From an uncultured Gemmatimonadaceae bacterium (lineage in GTDB: Bacteria; Gemmatimonadota; Gemmatimonadetes; Gemmatimonadales; Gemmatimonadaceae), in contig CAWJMB010000002.1 of the NCBI GenBank assembly GCA_963843845.1, forward strand, positions 1,376,001 to 1,440,000: a stretch of DNA of 64,000 bases, read 5' to 3'. A program made the position numbers and the translations under genes. Shown here in pieces: positions 41,555 to 51,609 of this stretch. The notes under the pieces are model-generated. The model made no database searches. It worked only from the letters and a program-made list of their open reading frames with translations, and was not told where the DNA came from. Numbering within the stretch: the first letter of the stretch is position 1; each line of letters opens with the position of its first letter.

Positions 41555-42679
41555 TCAGCGCGCGGCGGTCCAGAGCAGGATCACGCCGCACTGCGAGCCG
41601 ATGAAGCCGGCGTACTCGGCGGGCACGCCGGCGACCGTCGTGTAGACCTCCATCCCGGCGATGAGTGACGGCGGAATGGTATTCACGTCGAACGCGGCCG
41701 CGGCGCCGACGCCCGACGCGCCGGCGAGCGCGCTCCAATCGGGCTCGCCGAACGCGCGGCGGCCGGTCGCGCCGACATTGCCGCCGGCGGTCGGCGGCGT
41801 GCCGCTTCCACCGACCGGAGCCGACGTCCCGCCGCTCGTACCGCTGCCGCCCGTCGGCGCCGCGCCGCCACCCGTCCCCGCACTCGTGCCGCTGCTGGTC
41901 GGCGACCCGCGCGTCGGATCTGCGCTACCACTGTTGCCCCCGTTCGGCACGACGACAGTGGTCGCTCTCGACGTGCCGCCCGCGGTCCCGCGGTTCGAGG
42001 GCGGCGGCGTCGCTCCCAGGACCACGTTGCCCTGAAGGTCGGGCCGTCCAGAGACGTTCACACCGTCGAGGAAGACGAGCATCCCGGAACACCGCTGGCC
42101 GCCGACGCGCCGCGACGTGATCTGCGGCGCGCTCATCATCCCCGTCGTCACCTGCACGCCCGGCACCCAGCGCAGAATCGTCGAGACGTCGTGCGGTCGC
42201 CGTCGGTCGATCTCCTCGCGGGTGACGAAACGCCCGAACGCGTTGTGCTGCCGGCGCCGCTCGAAGTCGACGAGGCGCGACTCGACGGCCGACGTCGCGA
42301 GCACGGTGACCGCGTCCAGCGACTGGCCGAGCGGGCCCAACGCCAGCTGCGCCGCGATCGTATCGGTCCCGACGCGCAGCGTGCGCCACGCGGGTGCATA
42401 CCCGACCTTGCGCGCCTGCACGAGGTACACCCCGGGCGACACGTCGGTCAGCAACAGCGCGCCCCCCTCCGGCACCGCCATCGTCACGCCGAGCGTGGGG
42501 AACACGATCTCCGCGCCGACGAGCGGCTCCTGCTCGGCGTCGACGACGCGAAGCCACACGGCGCCGGGCGACGACACTTTCGCGGCTTGCGCGGCGACGG
42601 GTGAGGCGCCGAACGCTCCGGTCGCCGCCGACGTCGCGAGGACCAGCGCGGCGCGCCACTGCGGTGTCACGTTCGGCAT
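41555..42679 (-). CDS. Secreted CarboxypepD_reg + plug-like protein with a Gly/Ser/Thr-rich insertion
   Basis: Signal peptide; ARKVGY; GRFVTREEI; CSGMLVFLDG; IAGMEVY...PAEY...CGVILLWT. Confidence 0.75.
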   Translation of the reverse strand: MPNVTPQWRAALVLATSAATGAFGASPVAAQAAKVSSPGAVWLRVVDAEQEPLVGAEIVFPTLGVTMAVPEGGALLLTDVSPGVYLVQARKVGYAPAWRTLRVGTDTIAAQLALGPLGQSLDAVTVLATSAVESRLVDFERRRQHNAFGRFVTREEIDRRRPHDVSTILRWVPGVQVTTGMMSAPQITSRRVGGQRCSGMLVFLDGVNVSGRPDLQGNVVLGATPPPSNRGTAGGTSRATTVVVPNGGNSGSADPTRGSPTSSGTSAGTGGGAAPTGGSGTSGGTSAPVGGSGTPPTAGGNVGATGRRAFGEPDWSALAGASGVGAAAAFDVNTIPPSLIAGMEVYTTVAGVPAEYAGFIGSQCGVILLWTAAR

Positions 42680-42819
42680 GCGGGTCGCTCGAAGTGAAGG
42701 GCAACACGGTCCGACGCGCCAAGCGTAGAGTGAGCGCGGCTCGAGCGCCAGCACTGCCATGTCCCGTGCCACGCCGGCGCTGGCGCAATCGCGGCGTCGT
42801 TCGCACCGTGTAGGGGTAG

Positions 42820-43608
42820 ATGAGACCCATCGAGCGGACAGTGCAGCGCATCACGACGACTCTGCTTTCCCTGTGGTGGCTCGTCCCGCTCGCGGCGACG
42901 CCGACCTCGCTCGCCGCGCAGCCCGCCGTCGTCGTCGGCCGCGTCGTCGACGCGACGGATCGCCCGATCGCGAGCGTGACCGTGCTGCTCGACGACAGCG
43001 AGCTCTCGACGCAGACCGACGACACAGGGCGCTTCGCATTCGTCGTCGATTTCGTCGATTCCGGCACGGTCACCGTCCGGAAGCTCGGCTACGCGCCGGC
43101 GACGACGAGCGTGCGGCTCCGCCGCGGCGACACGACGCGCGTCGTCGCGCAGCTCGCGAGCGCGACGCTCCTCGACACCGTGCGCGCGACGGTGGCCGCG
43201 GCGGTGCCGGCGCGCCTGGCGGGATTCGAAGCGCGACGCGCGCGCGGGCAGGGCGTGTTCCTGACGCGCGCCGAGTTCGAGCGCCGCCCGCACGCGTCGA
43301 CCGCGGACGTGCTACGCTGGTCGGGCGCGTTCGCGCTTCTGGACAGCGGCGGCGCGATCCTCCCGGTGTCGCGGCGCGGCACGAAGAACGACCGCACGCG
43401 CCGCACGTTCGACGCGCCGTGCGTCATGCGCGTCGCGATCGACGGAATCCCGATGCCCGACGGCTTCTCGCTCACCCAGCTGCCGTCGCCGCCGGACATC
43501 GCCGGCATCGAGATCTTTCGCGGCCCCGCGACGATGCCCGCGGAGTTCTCGGCGATGCGGAGCAGCGCGTTCTGCGGCATGGTCGCCGTCTGGACGCGCT
43601 CGCGGTGA
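42820..43608 (+). CDS. Secreted CarboxypepD_reg + plug-like protein
   Basis: Signal peptide; VRKLGY; GVFLTRAEF; CVMRVAIDG; IAGIEIF...PAEF...CGMVAVWT. Confidence 0.75.
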   Translation: MRPIERTVQRITTTLLSLWWLVPLAATPTSLAAQPAVVVGRVVDATDRPIASVTVLLDDSELSTQTDDTGRFAFVVDFVDSGTVTVRKLGYAPATTSVRLRRGDTTRVVAQLASATLLDTVRATVAAAVPARLAGFEARRARGQGVFLTRAEFERRPHASTADVLRWSGAFALLDSGGAILPVSRRGTKNDRTRRTFDAPCVMRVAIDGIPMPDGFSLTQLPSPPDIAGIEIFRGPATMPAEFSAMRSSAFCGMVAVWTRSR

Positions 43609-43620
43609 GCGGTCGCCCCG

Positions 43621-45396
43621 CTACGGACGCGGGCGTCGAACGAGCGCCGCCCGGTCGACCAGCTGCGGCAGCGATCCATGGACGTCGACCCGGGCGAGCA
43701 GCGGGTCGCGGATGACGAGCGACAGGGCGGGGCCGTGCGGCCTCGCCTGATCGGCCACCTGCACGCGCACGGCGACGCCGGCCGGCACGCCGCACACGCG
43801 GTACGCCCCGTCCGGCTCGAGCGGCGCGCGCCGTGTCTCCGGCACCGCCTGCAGGCGGTCGATCCCGGACCGCGCGTAGCGCGTCCAGCTCACGACGACC
43901 GCCGTCCCGGTCGGCAGCGCGGTCGCGCGTCCGTAGACCGCGCCGGTGTCCGCGCTCGGCGGGTGCGATGGACAGAGCAGCGTGAGCGCGGTCGCCACCG
44001 TCGGCAGCGCGACGTCGGCCGTCGTCGTGTCGTTCGCCGCGACGTCGATCGTACGCCGCGGCGTCGTGAGCGCGACGGCGGCCGGGTGCGAGAGCGTCAG
44101 CGTCTGCCGCCCGGCGAGCACCTGCGGAAGCTCGTAGCGGCCGTCGGCCGCGGCCGTGGCGCGATGATCGGTGCCCTCGATCGCCACGACCGCCCCGGCG
44201 AGCGGGAGAGCGGTCACGCTGTCGAACGCGACCCCGCGCACGGTGCCGCGGCCGACGCTCCACCTGCCGTCCGTGCCGCTGCGGACCACCAGCGCGCTCG
44301 GCGCTGGCGCCGCATCGACGACCTCGCCAACGACCTCGCGGATCGCGACGAGCCCGGGCTCGCGCCGCGTGACGACGCGCGAGCCGGTCACCGTTCCGCC
44401 CGATCCCGGCACGAGTGCGCTGCGCTCGATGAGCCCGACGACGGGGGCCCGCACGACCCAGCGTCGTACGATCCACCCGGCGCCGGCCAGCCTCTCGAAC
44501 TCGACCTGTCCGCCGAAGTCGGTCGGCCCGGGCCAGCGGGGAAGGCCCGTGTACGCGAAGTCGACGCGCCGCAGCGCTGCCGACGTCAGGTCGATCCAGA
44601 TGGTGCCGCTGACGTCGACCACACGGCGGTCGCGCGTCGGCTCGAAGCGGATGCCGACGAGCCCCGGCGCGGGTGGCCGTCGGAAGGTCACCTCGATGCA
44701 GTGCGTCGCCGCGAACGACGGCGCGGTGAGGACGTCGACCGTCGGCCCGTAGTACCACGTCGTGCCGCCGACCTCCTGCACGTAGCCATGGGTGGCGAGC
44801 GAGTCGGGCGATGGGTTGCCGTACGGCGCGGCGCTCGTGCCCGTTCGCTCGGCGCGCGTCTCGGAGCGCGTGGTGCGCGTCCGCGGATCGAGCTCGCGCT
44901 CCGTATCGCGCACCGTGACACGCGCGGCGCCGCTCTGCTGTGTGAGCGCCGTGGCGTCGAGCGCTTTGGTGACCTCTGCCCACAGCATCGCGGCGGCGGA
45001 GCCGTCGACCGGGTTCACGGTGCAGCGCGACCGCGACTCGGTGCGCAGCGCGCTCAGCGTCAGCGGCGCCGGCACGAGGCGCACGTCGTGCCGTACCGTC
45101 TCTCCGGCGGCGAGCGTCACCGCGCTCGGCGGTGCGGTGCGATAGCCGATCCGGCGGAGCTCGACGGCGTAGCTGCCGGGCGCCGCGCGGAGCGTGAACC
45201 GCCCCGCGCTGTCGGTGAGCGCCGTCGCGACCGCGCCGCCGCCCGCCGTCAAGGCCACCGTGGCGTCGATCAGCCCGCGACCGGTCGCGGAGTCGGTGAC
45301 GCTGCCGCGAACGAGCTGGGCGGCGACGGCGGCCGGCATCGCCGCCCCCCACAGTCCGGCGACGCCCACCGCTCGCTGCCTGGCACAAAGATGCAT
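43621..45396 (-). CDS. Secreted protein with CarboxypepD_reg-like domains
   Basis: VRGSVTDSATG...TDSAGRF...RRIGY; central beta-rich domain; GVAFDSV...YRVCGVP module. Start is uncertain. Confidence 0.72.
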   Translation of the reverse strand: MHLCARQRAVGVAGLWGAAMPAAVAAQLVRGSVTDSATGRGLIDATVALTAGGGAVATALTDSAGRFTLRAAPGSYAVELRRIGYRTAPPSAVTLAAGETVRHDVRLVPAPLTLSALRTESRSRCTVNPVDGSAAAMLWAEVTKALDATALTQQSGAARVTVRDTERELDPRTRTTRSETRAERTGTSAAPYGNPSPDSLATHGYVQEVGGTTWYYGPTVDVLTAPSFAATHCIEVTFRRPPAPGLVGIRFEPTRDRRVVDVSGTIWIDLTSAALRRVDFAYTGLPRWPGPTDFGGQVEFERLAGAGWIVRRWVVRAPVVGLIERSALVPGSGGTVTGSRVVTRREPGLVAIREVVGEVVDAAPAPSALVVRSGTDGRWSVGRGTVRGVAFDSVTALPLAGAVVAIEGTDHRATAAADGRYELPQVLAGRQTLTLSHPAAVALTTPRRTIDVAANDTTTADVALPTVATALTLLCPSHPPSADTGAVYGRATALPTGTAVVVSWTRYARSGIDRLQAVPETRRAPLEPDGAYRVCGVPAGVAVRVQVADQARPHGPALSLVIRDPLLARVDVHGSLPQLVDRAALVRRPRP

Positions 45397-45589
45397 GCGC
45401 CAATATTGCGTCCGCCTCGACTTCACGTGACCTTCGCCTCGCCCCGACGACGGCGCCGGTCACCCCCCGATTGTGACCGTCCGTCCGCTTTCGGGGTCAT
45501 TCCGGTTCTGTAGGCGAAGGCGCTTCATCCCCACCGCGACCGCACGGCATCCGCTTCCGTCCGTCGCGACACCCTGTTTGGGAGGTCCT

Positions 45590-48500
45590 GTGCAATTACG
45601 CGTGTTCGCTGTTCCCTTGGTGGCTGTCTGCGCGGCGACCGCCGTGCAGGCACAGGCGACCCGGACGGTAACGGGTACCGTGACGACCGCCGGTACGACG
45701 CAGCCGCTCGAAGGCATCACGATCTCTGCCGCCGGTACGACGTCGATCGCCCGCACCGACGTCCGCGGACAGTATCGCATCACGCTGCCGGCCACCGACG
45801 TCGTGCTGATCGCGCGCGGCATCGGGTACAAGCGCGTCACGCGCCCACTCCCCGCCGGGATGGCGACGGCGGACTTCGGTCTCGAGCGCGACGCGCTCCA
45901 GCTCGAACAGGTCGTCGTGACCGGTGCCGCGACCTCGCAGGAGCGCAAGAACGTCTCGACCGCGACCCAGGTCGTGTCGAGCGAGGAGGTCGCGCGCACG
46001 CCGTCGCTCTCGCTCAACAACGCGCTCCAGGGGCGCGTCGTCGGCGCGAGCATCAACATGAATTCGGGCGCGCCCGGCGGCGGCGGTCAGATCCAGATCC
46101 GCGGCGTCACGTCGATCCTCGGCAACGGCGAGCCGCTGTTCGTCGTCGACGGCGTCATCATCAGCAACGGGTCGTACTCGACCGGCATCAACGCGATCAC
46201 GCGCGCCGGCGGCGGCACGACGAACGTGCAGGACAACCCGGTCAACCGTCTGGCCGACATCAACCCGAACGACATCGAGAACATCCAGATTCTCAAGTCG
46301 GCGGCGGCCTCGGCGATCTACGGCTCCAAGGCGACCAACGGCGTCGTGCTCATCACGACGAAGCGCGGTTCGGCAGGCGCCGTCCAGACGAGCCTCACCC
46401 AGCGCCTCGGCACGAACCAGTCCTACCGTCTGCTCGGCTCGCGCCGCTTCACGCCGGCGACCGCGCTCGACGCGATCGGCAACCAGGCGCTCGTCAACCA
46501 GCTCTGCACGGGCGGCACCTGCCCGTACTACGACTATCAGGACGACCTCTACGGCGCGAACGGGCTGTCGTACGAGACGACCGGGAACGTCAGCGGCGGC
46601 ATCGGTCAGGGCACGCGCTTCTTCACGTCCGGCACGATCAAGGACAACAAGGGCACGCAGCTCAACACGGGCGCCCGGCAGCAGAGCATCCGCGTGAACG
46701 TCGACCAGACGATCCGCACGCGCTTCAACGCGTCCGTCTCGGCGAACATCATCCGCAACAAGGTTGCGAACGGCGTCTCGAACAACGACAACACGTTCCT
46801 CAGCCCGATGTACGCCTTCGGCTACACGCCGGCGATCATCAATCTGAACAACCCGACGAACGGCATCTATCCGATCAACACGGTCCTGCAGACGACCGCC
46901 GGACAGCCGACGAACCCGTTCGAGACGCTCCGCTACGTGTCGAACGTCGAGGACACGTGGCGCCAGATCGGCAGCGGCACGCTCCGCTTCAACGCCGTCA
47001 CGACCGACCGGCAGACGCTCGTGTTGCAGGCGAACGGAGGCTTCGACCGCTTCGACGCGTCCGGCAACGTGTACTCGCCGAACTTCCTGCAGTACGAGGC
47101 GGCCGACGGCCTCCCGGGCACGACCGTGCAGGCCGAGGCGCTGAGCCGGTTCGTGAACGGCAACCTGAGCGCGGTGCACACCTACACGCCGTCGTCGAGC
47201 GGCGTCCTCGGCTTTCTGACGTCGCTCACGACGTCGGCCGGCGCCCAGCGGGAGGAGACGAACCTGAACCGGTACTCGGTGCAGGCCGCCAATCTGATCC
47301 CGGGCATCACGAACTTCGATCAGGGCGTCGTCACGCCGACGCAGACGAAGCAGGCCGTGCGCGACCAGGCCTTCTTCCTCAACGAGGACATCCTCGCGTT
47401 CAACGAGCGTCTGTCCGTCTCCGGCCGTGTCCGGGCCGAGCGCTCGAGCGCGAACGGTGACCGCGAGAAGTTCTTCTACTGGCCGACCGCCTCGGCGTCG
47501 TACCGGTTCGTGAACCTCCTGCCCGGCACCGACGAGATCAAGGTCCGCGCTGCCTACGGCCGCACCGGGAACCGCCCGAACTACGGCAATCGCGACGTCA
47601 CGATCGCCGGCCTCGGCCTCATCAGCGGGCGCAACGCGCTCGGCGTGCCGGGATCGATCGGCAACGTGGGGATCGAGCCGGAGAAGATGACCGAGCAGGA
47701 GTACGGCGCGGACATCCAGTTCCTCGGCGGCCGCGTCGGCTTCGAGGGGAGCTACTACGATCGGACGATCCGTGACCTGCTCCTCACGAACCCGCTCGCG
47801 CCGACGTCGGGCTTCGGCAACCAGATCATCAACGGCGGTGAGCTCAAGTCGACGGGTGTCGAGCTCGCGCTGAACGCGCTGCCGTTCCGCACCCGGAACG
47901 CGACGTGGAACTCGCGCATCCAGTTCTACACGAACAAGTCCGAGGTCGTCTCGCTGCCGGTGACGGTCGCCGACTTCGCCGTCGCGAACTCGGGCTTCGG
48001 CGCCCAGTACGGCCGCGCCCGCATCGCCCGTGGCTACGAGTCGACGCTGATCTGGGGCAACCGTACGCGCCCGGACTCGACGGTCGTCGACACGGTCATC
48101 GCGAACTCGAACCCGGACTTCCAGATGCAGTTCGGGAACGACATCTCGTTCAAGTCGCTGACGCTCAACGTCCTCGTCGACTGGCGCAAGGGCGGGTACG
48201 TCTCGAACATGACGCAGAACCTGTTCGACGAAGGGAGCAACAGCTACGACTACGACGAGCCGTCGCCGAAGGCGGGTGTGCCGCTCGGCCAGTATCGCTA
48301 CTCGCAGTGGAACGCGGGGCGGAACGCGAGTGTCTACATCCAGGACGGGTCGTTCGTGAAGGTGCGTGAGGTCACGCTCGGCTACCAGCTGCCGCTCGGG
48401 CTGTCGCGGCGCTTCGGCGCGACCGAAGGCGCGCGCCTGTCGCTCAGCGGCCGCAACCTCTTCACGTTCAGCGACTACTGGAGCCCGGATCCCGAGGTCA

Positions 48501-48595
48501 ACAACTTCGGCAACAACACGGTCGCGCGCTTCGTCGACCTCGCCCCCTACCCCCCGACGCGTCAGTTCTTCTTCAGCGTCGACGTGAGGTTCTGA
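45590..48595 (+). CDS. SusC/RagA-family TonB-dependent receptor
   Basis: GGAGG RBS before [63 protein letters not shown]-terminal F. Confidence 0.95.
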   Translation: MQLRVFAVPLVAVCAATAVQAQATRTVTGTVTTAGTTQPLEGITISAAGTTSIARTDVRGQYRITLPATDVVLIARGIGYKRVTRPLPAGMATADFGLERDALQLEQVVVTGAATSQERKNVSTATQVVSSEEVARTPSLSLNNALQGRVVGASINMNSGAPGGGGQIQIRGVTSILGNGEPLFVVDGVIISNGSYSTGINAITRAGGGTTNVQDNPVNRLADINPNDIENIQILKSAAASAIYGSKATNGVVLITTKRGSAGAVQTSLTQRLGTNQSYRLLGSRRFTPATALDAIGNQALVNQLCTGGTCPYYDYQDDLYGANGLSYETTGNVSGGIGQGTRFFTSGTIKDNKGTQLNTGARQQSIRVNVDQTIRTRFNASVSANIIRNKVANGVSNNDNTFLSPMYAFGYTPAIINLNNPTNGIYPINTVLQTTAGQPTNPFETLRYVSNVEDTWRQIGSGTLRFNAVTTDRQTLVLQANGGFDRFDASGNVYSPNFLQYEAADGLPGTTVQAEALSRFVNGNLSAVHTYTPSSSGVLGFLTSLTTSAGAQREETNLNRYSVQAANLIPGITNFDQGVVTPTQTKQAVRDQAFFLNEDILAFNERLSVSGRVRAERSSANGDREKFFYWPTASASYRFVNLLPGTDEIKVRAAYGRTGNRPNYGNRDVTIAGLGLISGRNALGVPGSIGNVGIEPEKMTEQEYGADIQFLGGRVGFEGSYYDRTIRDLLLTNPLAPTSGFGNQIINGGELKSTGVELALNALPFRTRNATWNSRIQFYTNKSEVVSLPVTVADFAVANSGFGAQYGRARIARGYESTLIWGNRTRPDSTVVDTVIANSNPDFQMQFGNDISFKSLTLNVLVDWRKGGYVSNMTQNLFDEGSNSYDYDEPSPKAGVPLGQYRYSQWNAGRNASVYIQDGSFVKVREVTLGYQLPLGLSRRFGATEGARLSLSGRNLFTFSDYWSPDPEVNNFGNNTVARFVDLAPYPPTRQFFFSVDVRF

Positions 48596-48598
48596 GCG

Positions 48599-50059
48599 AT
48601 GCCCACGCGAACCGACCTTCCTTCTCTGCTCACGATGCGAACTGTTCTCACCCGCGGCGCGGTGGCCGTCGCCGCGGCGGCCGGCCTCGCCGGCTGCTCG
48701 GCCGACCGGCTCGTCGTGCCGAACTTCAACAGCCCGACGCCCGAATCCGTCACCGGGGACGTGGCCGCCGCAGTGCCGCTCCTCGCCTCGGGCGTGCTGC
48801 GTAACGACCGCGATCAGGCGACGGGCTACGTCCTCGGCGTCGGCATCCTCGGACGCGAGGCGTACAACTACACGCCGACCGAAGGGCGCAACACCACCGG
48901 CTGGCTGACGTCCGACGTCAACAACGGCACCAGCTTCGGTGGCGGCTCGCTCTGGGGCGGCTTCTACACGGAGCTGCGCAACGTCTCCAACCTCATCGCT
49001 GCGGCGGAGGCGGCGCCGGACGCCGTCTACTCGGCGGCGCAGAAGAACGCGGTGCGCGGGTTCGGGCACACGATGGAGGCGCTCGCGCTGTCCTACATCA
49101 TCTCGACCCGCCACAACATCGGCGCTCCGGTCATGGTCGATCCCGACCCGGCCATCGCGTCGCCGTTCGTCTCGCGCGACTCGGTCTACAGCTACATCGT
49201 CGGCCGGCTCGACCAGGCCAAGACCGAGCTGGCGGGTGCCGGCACGTCGTTCCCGTTCACGCTCCACGAAGGGTTCGCGGGCTTCACGACACCGGCCAAC
49301 TTCCTGAAGTTCAACCGCGCGATCGCGGCCCGCGTCAACGCCTACCGTGCCTCGCTCGGCACGTCCGGCTGCGGCGCGGCACTCAGCGCGGGGTGCTACA
49401 ACACGGTGCTGCAGAACCTCGCCGAGTCGTTCATCGACACGACGGGATCGCTGACGGCCGGCCCGTTCCGCCCGTACTCGTCGACGACCAACGACGTCGC
49501 GAACGGCATCAGCAACGCGGCGAGCGCGAACGTCGTGCTCCACGCGAAGAGCGACAGCGGCATCCCGACGAAGGCGGACGGAACCCGCGACAATCGCTAT
49601 ACGGCCAAGGTGCTGACGATCGCCCGTAAGGCGGCGCCGAACGCGACGATCGGCGTCGGGACGACGTTCGACTACGCCTCGTACGCCGACCGCGCATCGC
49701 CGGTGCCGATCATCCGGAACGAGGAGCTCATCCTCCTCCGCGCCGAGGCCCGCTACTTCACGGGCAACACGGCGGGTGCGCTGAGCGATCTGAACACGAT
49801 CCGCACGCGGTCGGGCGGCCTCGCTCCGCTCGCCGCGATCCCGTCGACGCAGTCCACGTTCCTCGACGAGCTGCTCACGAACCGCCGTCTCTCGCTGCTG
49901 TTCGAGGGACACCGGTGGGTCGACATGCGCCGCTTCGGCCGACTGAACCAGCTGACGATCGACCTGCCCAACCACATCGTCGCCACGCAGCTCCCGGTGC
50001 CGCAGGCCGAATGCCTCGTCCGCGCGGTCAGCCCGAACAAGGCGCCTGGCTGCACCTGA
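48599..50059 (+). CDS. SusD/RagB-family lipoprotein
   Basis: Lipobox LAGC; PIIRNEELILLRAEA; LNTIRTRSGGL; RRLSLLFEGHRWVDMRRFG. Confidence 0.92.
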   Translation: MPTRTDLPSLLTMRTVLTRGAVAVAAAAGLAGCSADRLVVPNFNSPTPESVTGDVAAAVPLLASGVLRNDRDQATGYVLGVGILGREAYNYTPTEGRNTTGWLTSDVNNGTSFGGGSLWGGFYTELRNVSNLIAAAEAAPDAVYSAAQKNAVRGFGHTMEALALSYIISTRHNIGAPVMVDPDPAIASPFVSRDSVYSYIVGRLDQAKTELAGAGTSFPFTLHEGFAGFTTPANFLKFNRAIAARVNAYRASLGTSGCGAALSAGCYNTVLQNLAESFIDTTGSLTAGPFRPYSSTTNDVANGISNAASANVVLHAKSDSGIPTKADGTRDNRYTAKVLTIARKAAPNATIGVGTTFDYASYADRASPVPIIRNEELILLRAEARYFTGNTAGALSDLNTIRTRSGGLAPLAAIPSTQSTFLDELLTNRRLSLLFEGHRWVDMRRFGRLNQLTIDLPNHIVATQLPVPQAECLVRAVSPNKAPGCT

Positions 50060-50078
50060 TCGCGGTCGCAGTGTCCTG

Positions 50079-50130
50079 AAACGGATCGCGGCGGTCTGGA
50101 GAGCATCCCAGACCGCCGCGATTCGTTTTT
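50079..50130. terminator. Probable bidirectional intrinsic terminator between convergent susD and pdhC
   Basis: 15-bp perfect stem ATCGCGGCGGTCTGG / CCAGACCGCCGCGAT, flanked by AAA and TTTTT. Confidence 0.85.
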
Positions 50131-50143
50131 CAGCTCGTGTCGG

Positions 50144-51585
50144 TCACAGCATCGAGAGCGGGCTCTCGATCAACCTGCGCAGCGTCTGCAGGAACCTGGC
50201 GCCGAGCGCGCCGTCGATGACGCGGTGGTCGCAGCTCAGCGTGACGCGCATGCGCTTGCGCACCTGGATCTCGCCGTCCACGACGACCGGCTTGTCCTCG
50301 ACCGCTCCGACGGCGAGGATCCCGGCCTCCGGCGGATTGATGATCGCCGTGAACTGGTCGATCCCGAACATGCCGAGGTTCGAGACGGAGAACGTCGAGC
50401 CGGTGTACTCGTCGGGCTTGAGCTTCCGCTCGCGCGCGCGTGCGGCCAGCGACTTGACCTCGCTCGAGATCTGGCTGATGCGCTTCCTGTCGGCGTCGAA
50501 GATGACCGGCGTGATGAGTCCATCCTCGATCGCGACGGCGACGCCGAGGTGGACGCGTCCGTGCAGGCGGATGCGGTCGCCCATCCATGCCGCGTTGACC
50601 TCGGGGTGCATCGAGAGGGCGACGGCGGTCGCCTTGAGCACGATGTCGTTGAACGACACCTTGTACTCGTCGCCCATCGCCGCGAGCTGCTGCCGGAGCT
50701 CGGCGGCCTTGCTCATGTCGAACTCGGCCGTGAGGTAGAACGTGGGCACGGGGCCGATCGACTCGCTCAGGCGGCGCGCGATGGTCTTGCGGATCTGCGT
50801 GAGCGGGACGTCGCGGAAATCGCTCGAGAGGGCCGCCGCAGACGCCATCGTCGGAGCGTCGGCGCCCTGCGGCGCTGCTGGCTGCGCCTCGGCGGCCTGC
50901 GGCTCGGCCGTCGCGGGCCGGGCGGACGGCGAGCCGGGCTGCGCACGGGGACCGCTCGCAACGGCTTCGACATCGCGGCGGATGATCCGGCCGCCAGGAC
51001 CGGAGCCACGCATCTGCTGCAGCTCCACGCCGGCTTCCGCGGCCATGCGACGCGCGAGCGGCGACGATAGCACCCGCCCTCCGGTGTCGGCGGCGTGTGG
51101 CGCCTGCTCGGAAGGGAGCTCATCGTCGCTCGGCACGGACGAGTCTCCACCGGGGCGCGGGCTTCACACCCTCCGGCGAGGGCTGCACGGCTCCCTGAGC
51201 GTCCGCGGGCGCTGCGGCGGCTGCGGCTGGCGCCGACGCGTCTGCCTGCGTGTCTGTCGCTGCCGGCGCCGCTGCCGGCGCCGCTGCCGGGCGCCGCTGC
51301 CGGCGCCCGCCGCCAGCGCCACCGACGAGCGCATCGATGTTCTCGTCGGCGGCCGCGATGACCGCGATCAACTGCCCGACCGGCGTCGAGTCGCCTTCGT
51401 TCACGAGCCGCTTCGCGCAGCACGCCGTCGCCGCGCGCGACGAGCTCCATGATGGCCTTGTCGGTCTCGACCTCGGCGAGCGTGTCGCCGCTCTTGATCG
51501 CGTCGCCCTCGTTCTTGAGCCACTTCACGAGGCGCCCTTCCTCCATCGTCGGGGAGAGCGCCTCCATCATCACTTTGGTCGCCAT
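50144..51585 (-). CDS. pdhC: Pyruvate dehydrogenase E2 (dihydrolipoamide acetyltransferase); frameshifted
   Basis: [16 protein letters not shown] lipoyl motif, SSPLARRMA...[25 protein letters not shown]. Confidence 0.93.
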
Positions 51586-51609
51586 GAGCTGCGTCGCCGA
51601 GGGGAAGGG

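Larger units (their letters stand above)
41442..42701. repeat. 13-bp direct repeat TCGAAGTGAAGGG at 41442-41454 and 42689-42701, in the 5' leaders of two adjacent genes
   Basis: Exact match, 7 and 9 nt upstream of the respective ATGs on the minus strand. Confidence 0.6.

Noticed and set aside
45380..45396. Sigma54-like TGGCAC...TGCA upstream of susC2 (also near 42755-42795)
   Set aside because: GG-to-GC spacing is 9 rather than 10, or the -12 TTGC is missing.
45596..49975. Very long antisense ORF (1459 aa), and similar ones at 1444..4473, 26129..28348, 34571..37030
   Set aside because: Shadow ORFs opposite well-supported genes; extreme GC makes stops rare, and the translations are Arg/Ala-rich with no motifs.
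51255..51310. Short tandem repeats (12-bp units here; also near 18477, 22584 and 55356)
   Set aside because: They encode Ala/Pro or GDAA linker peptides, with no unique spacers and no cas genes, so not CRISPR.
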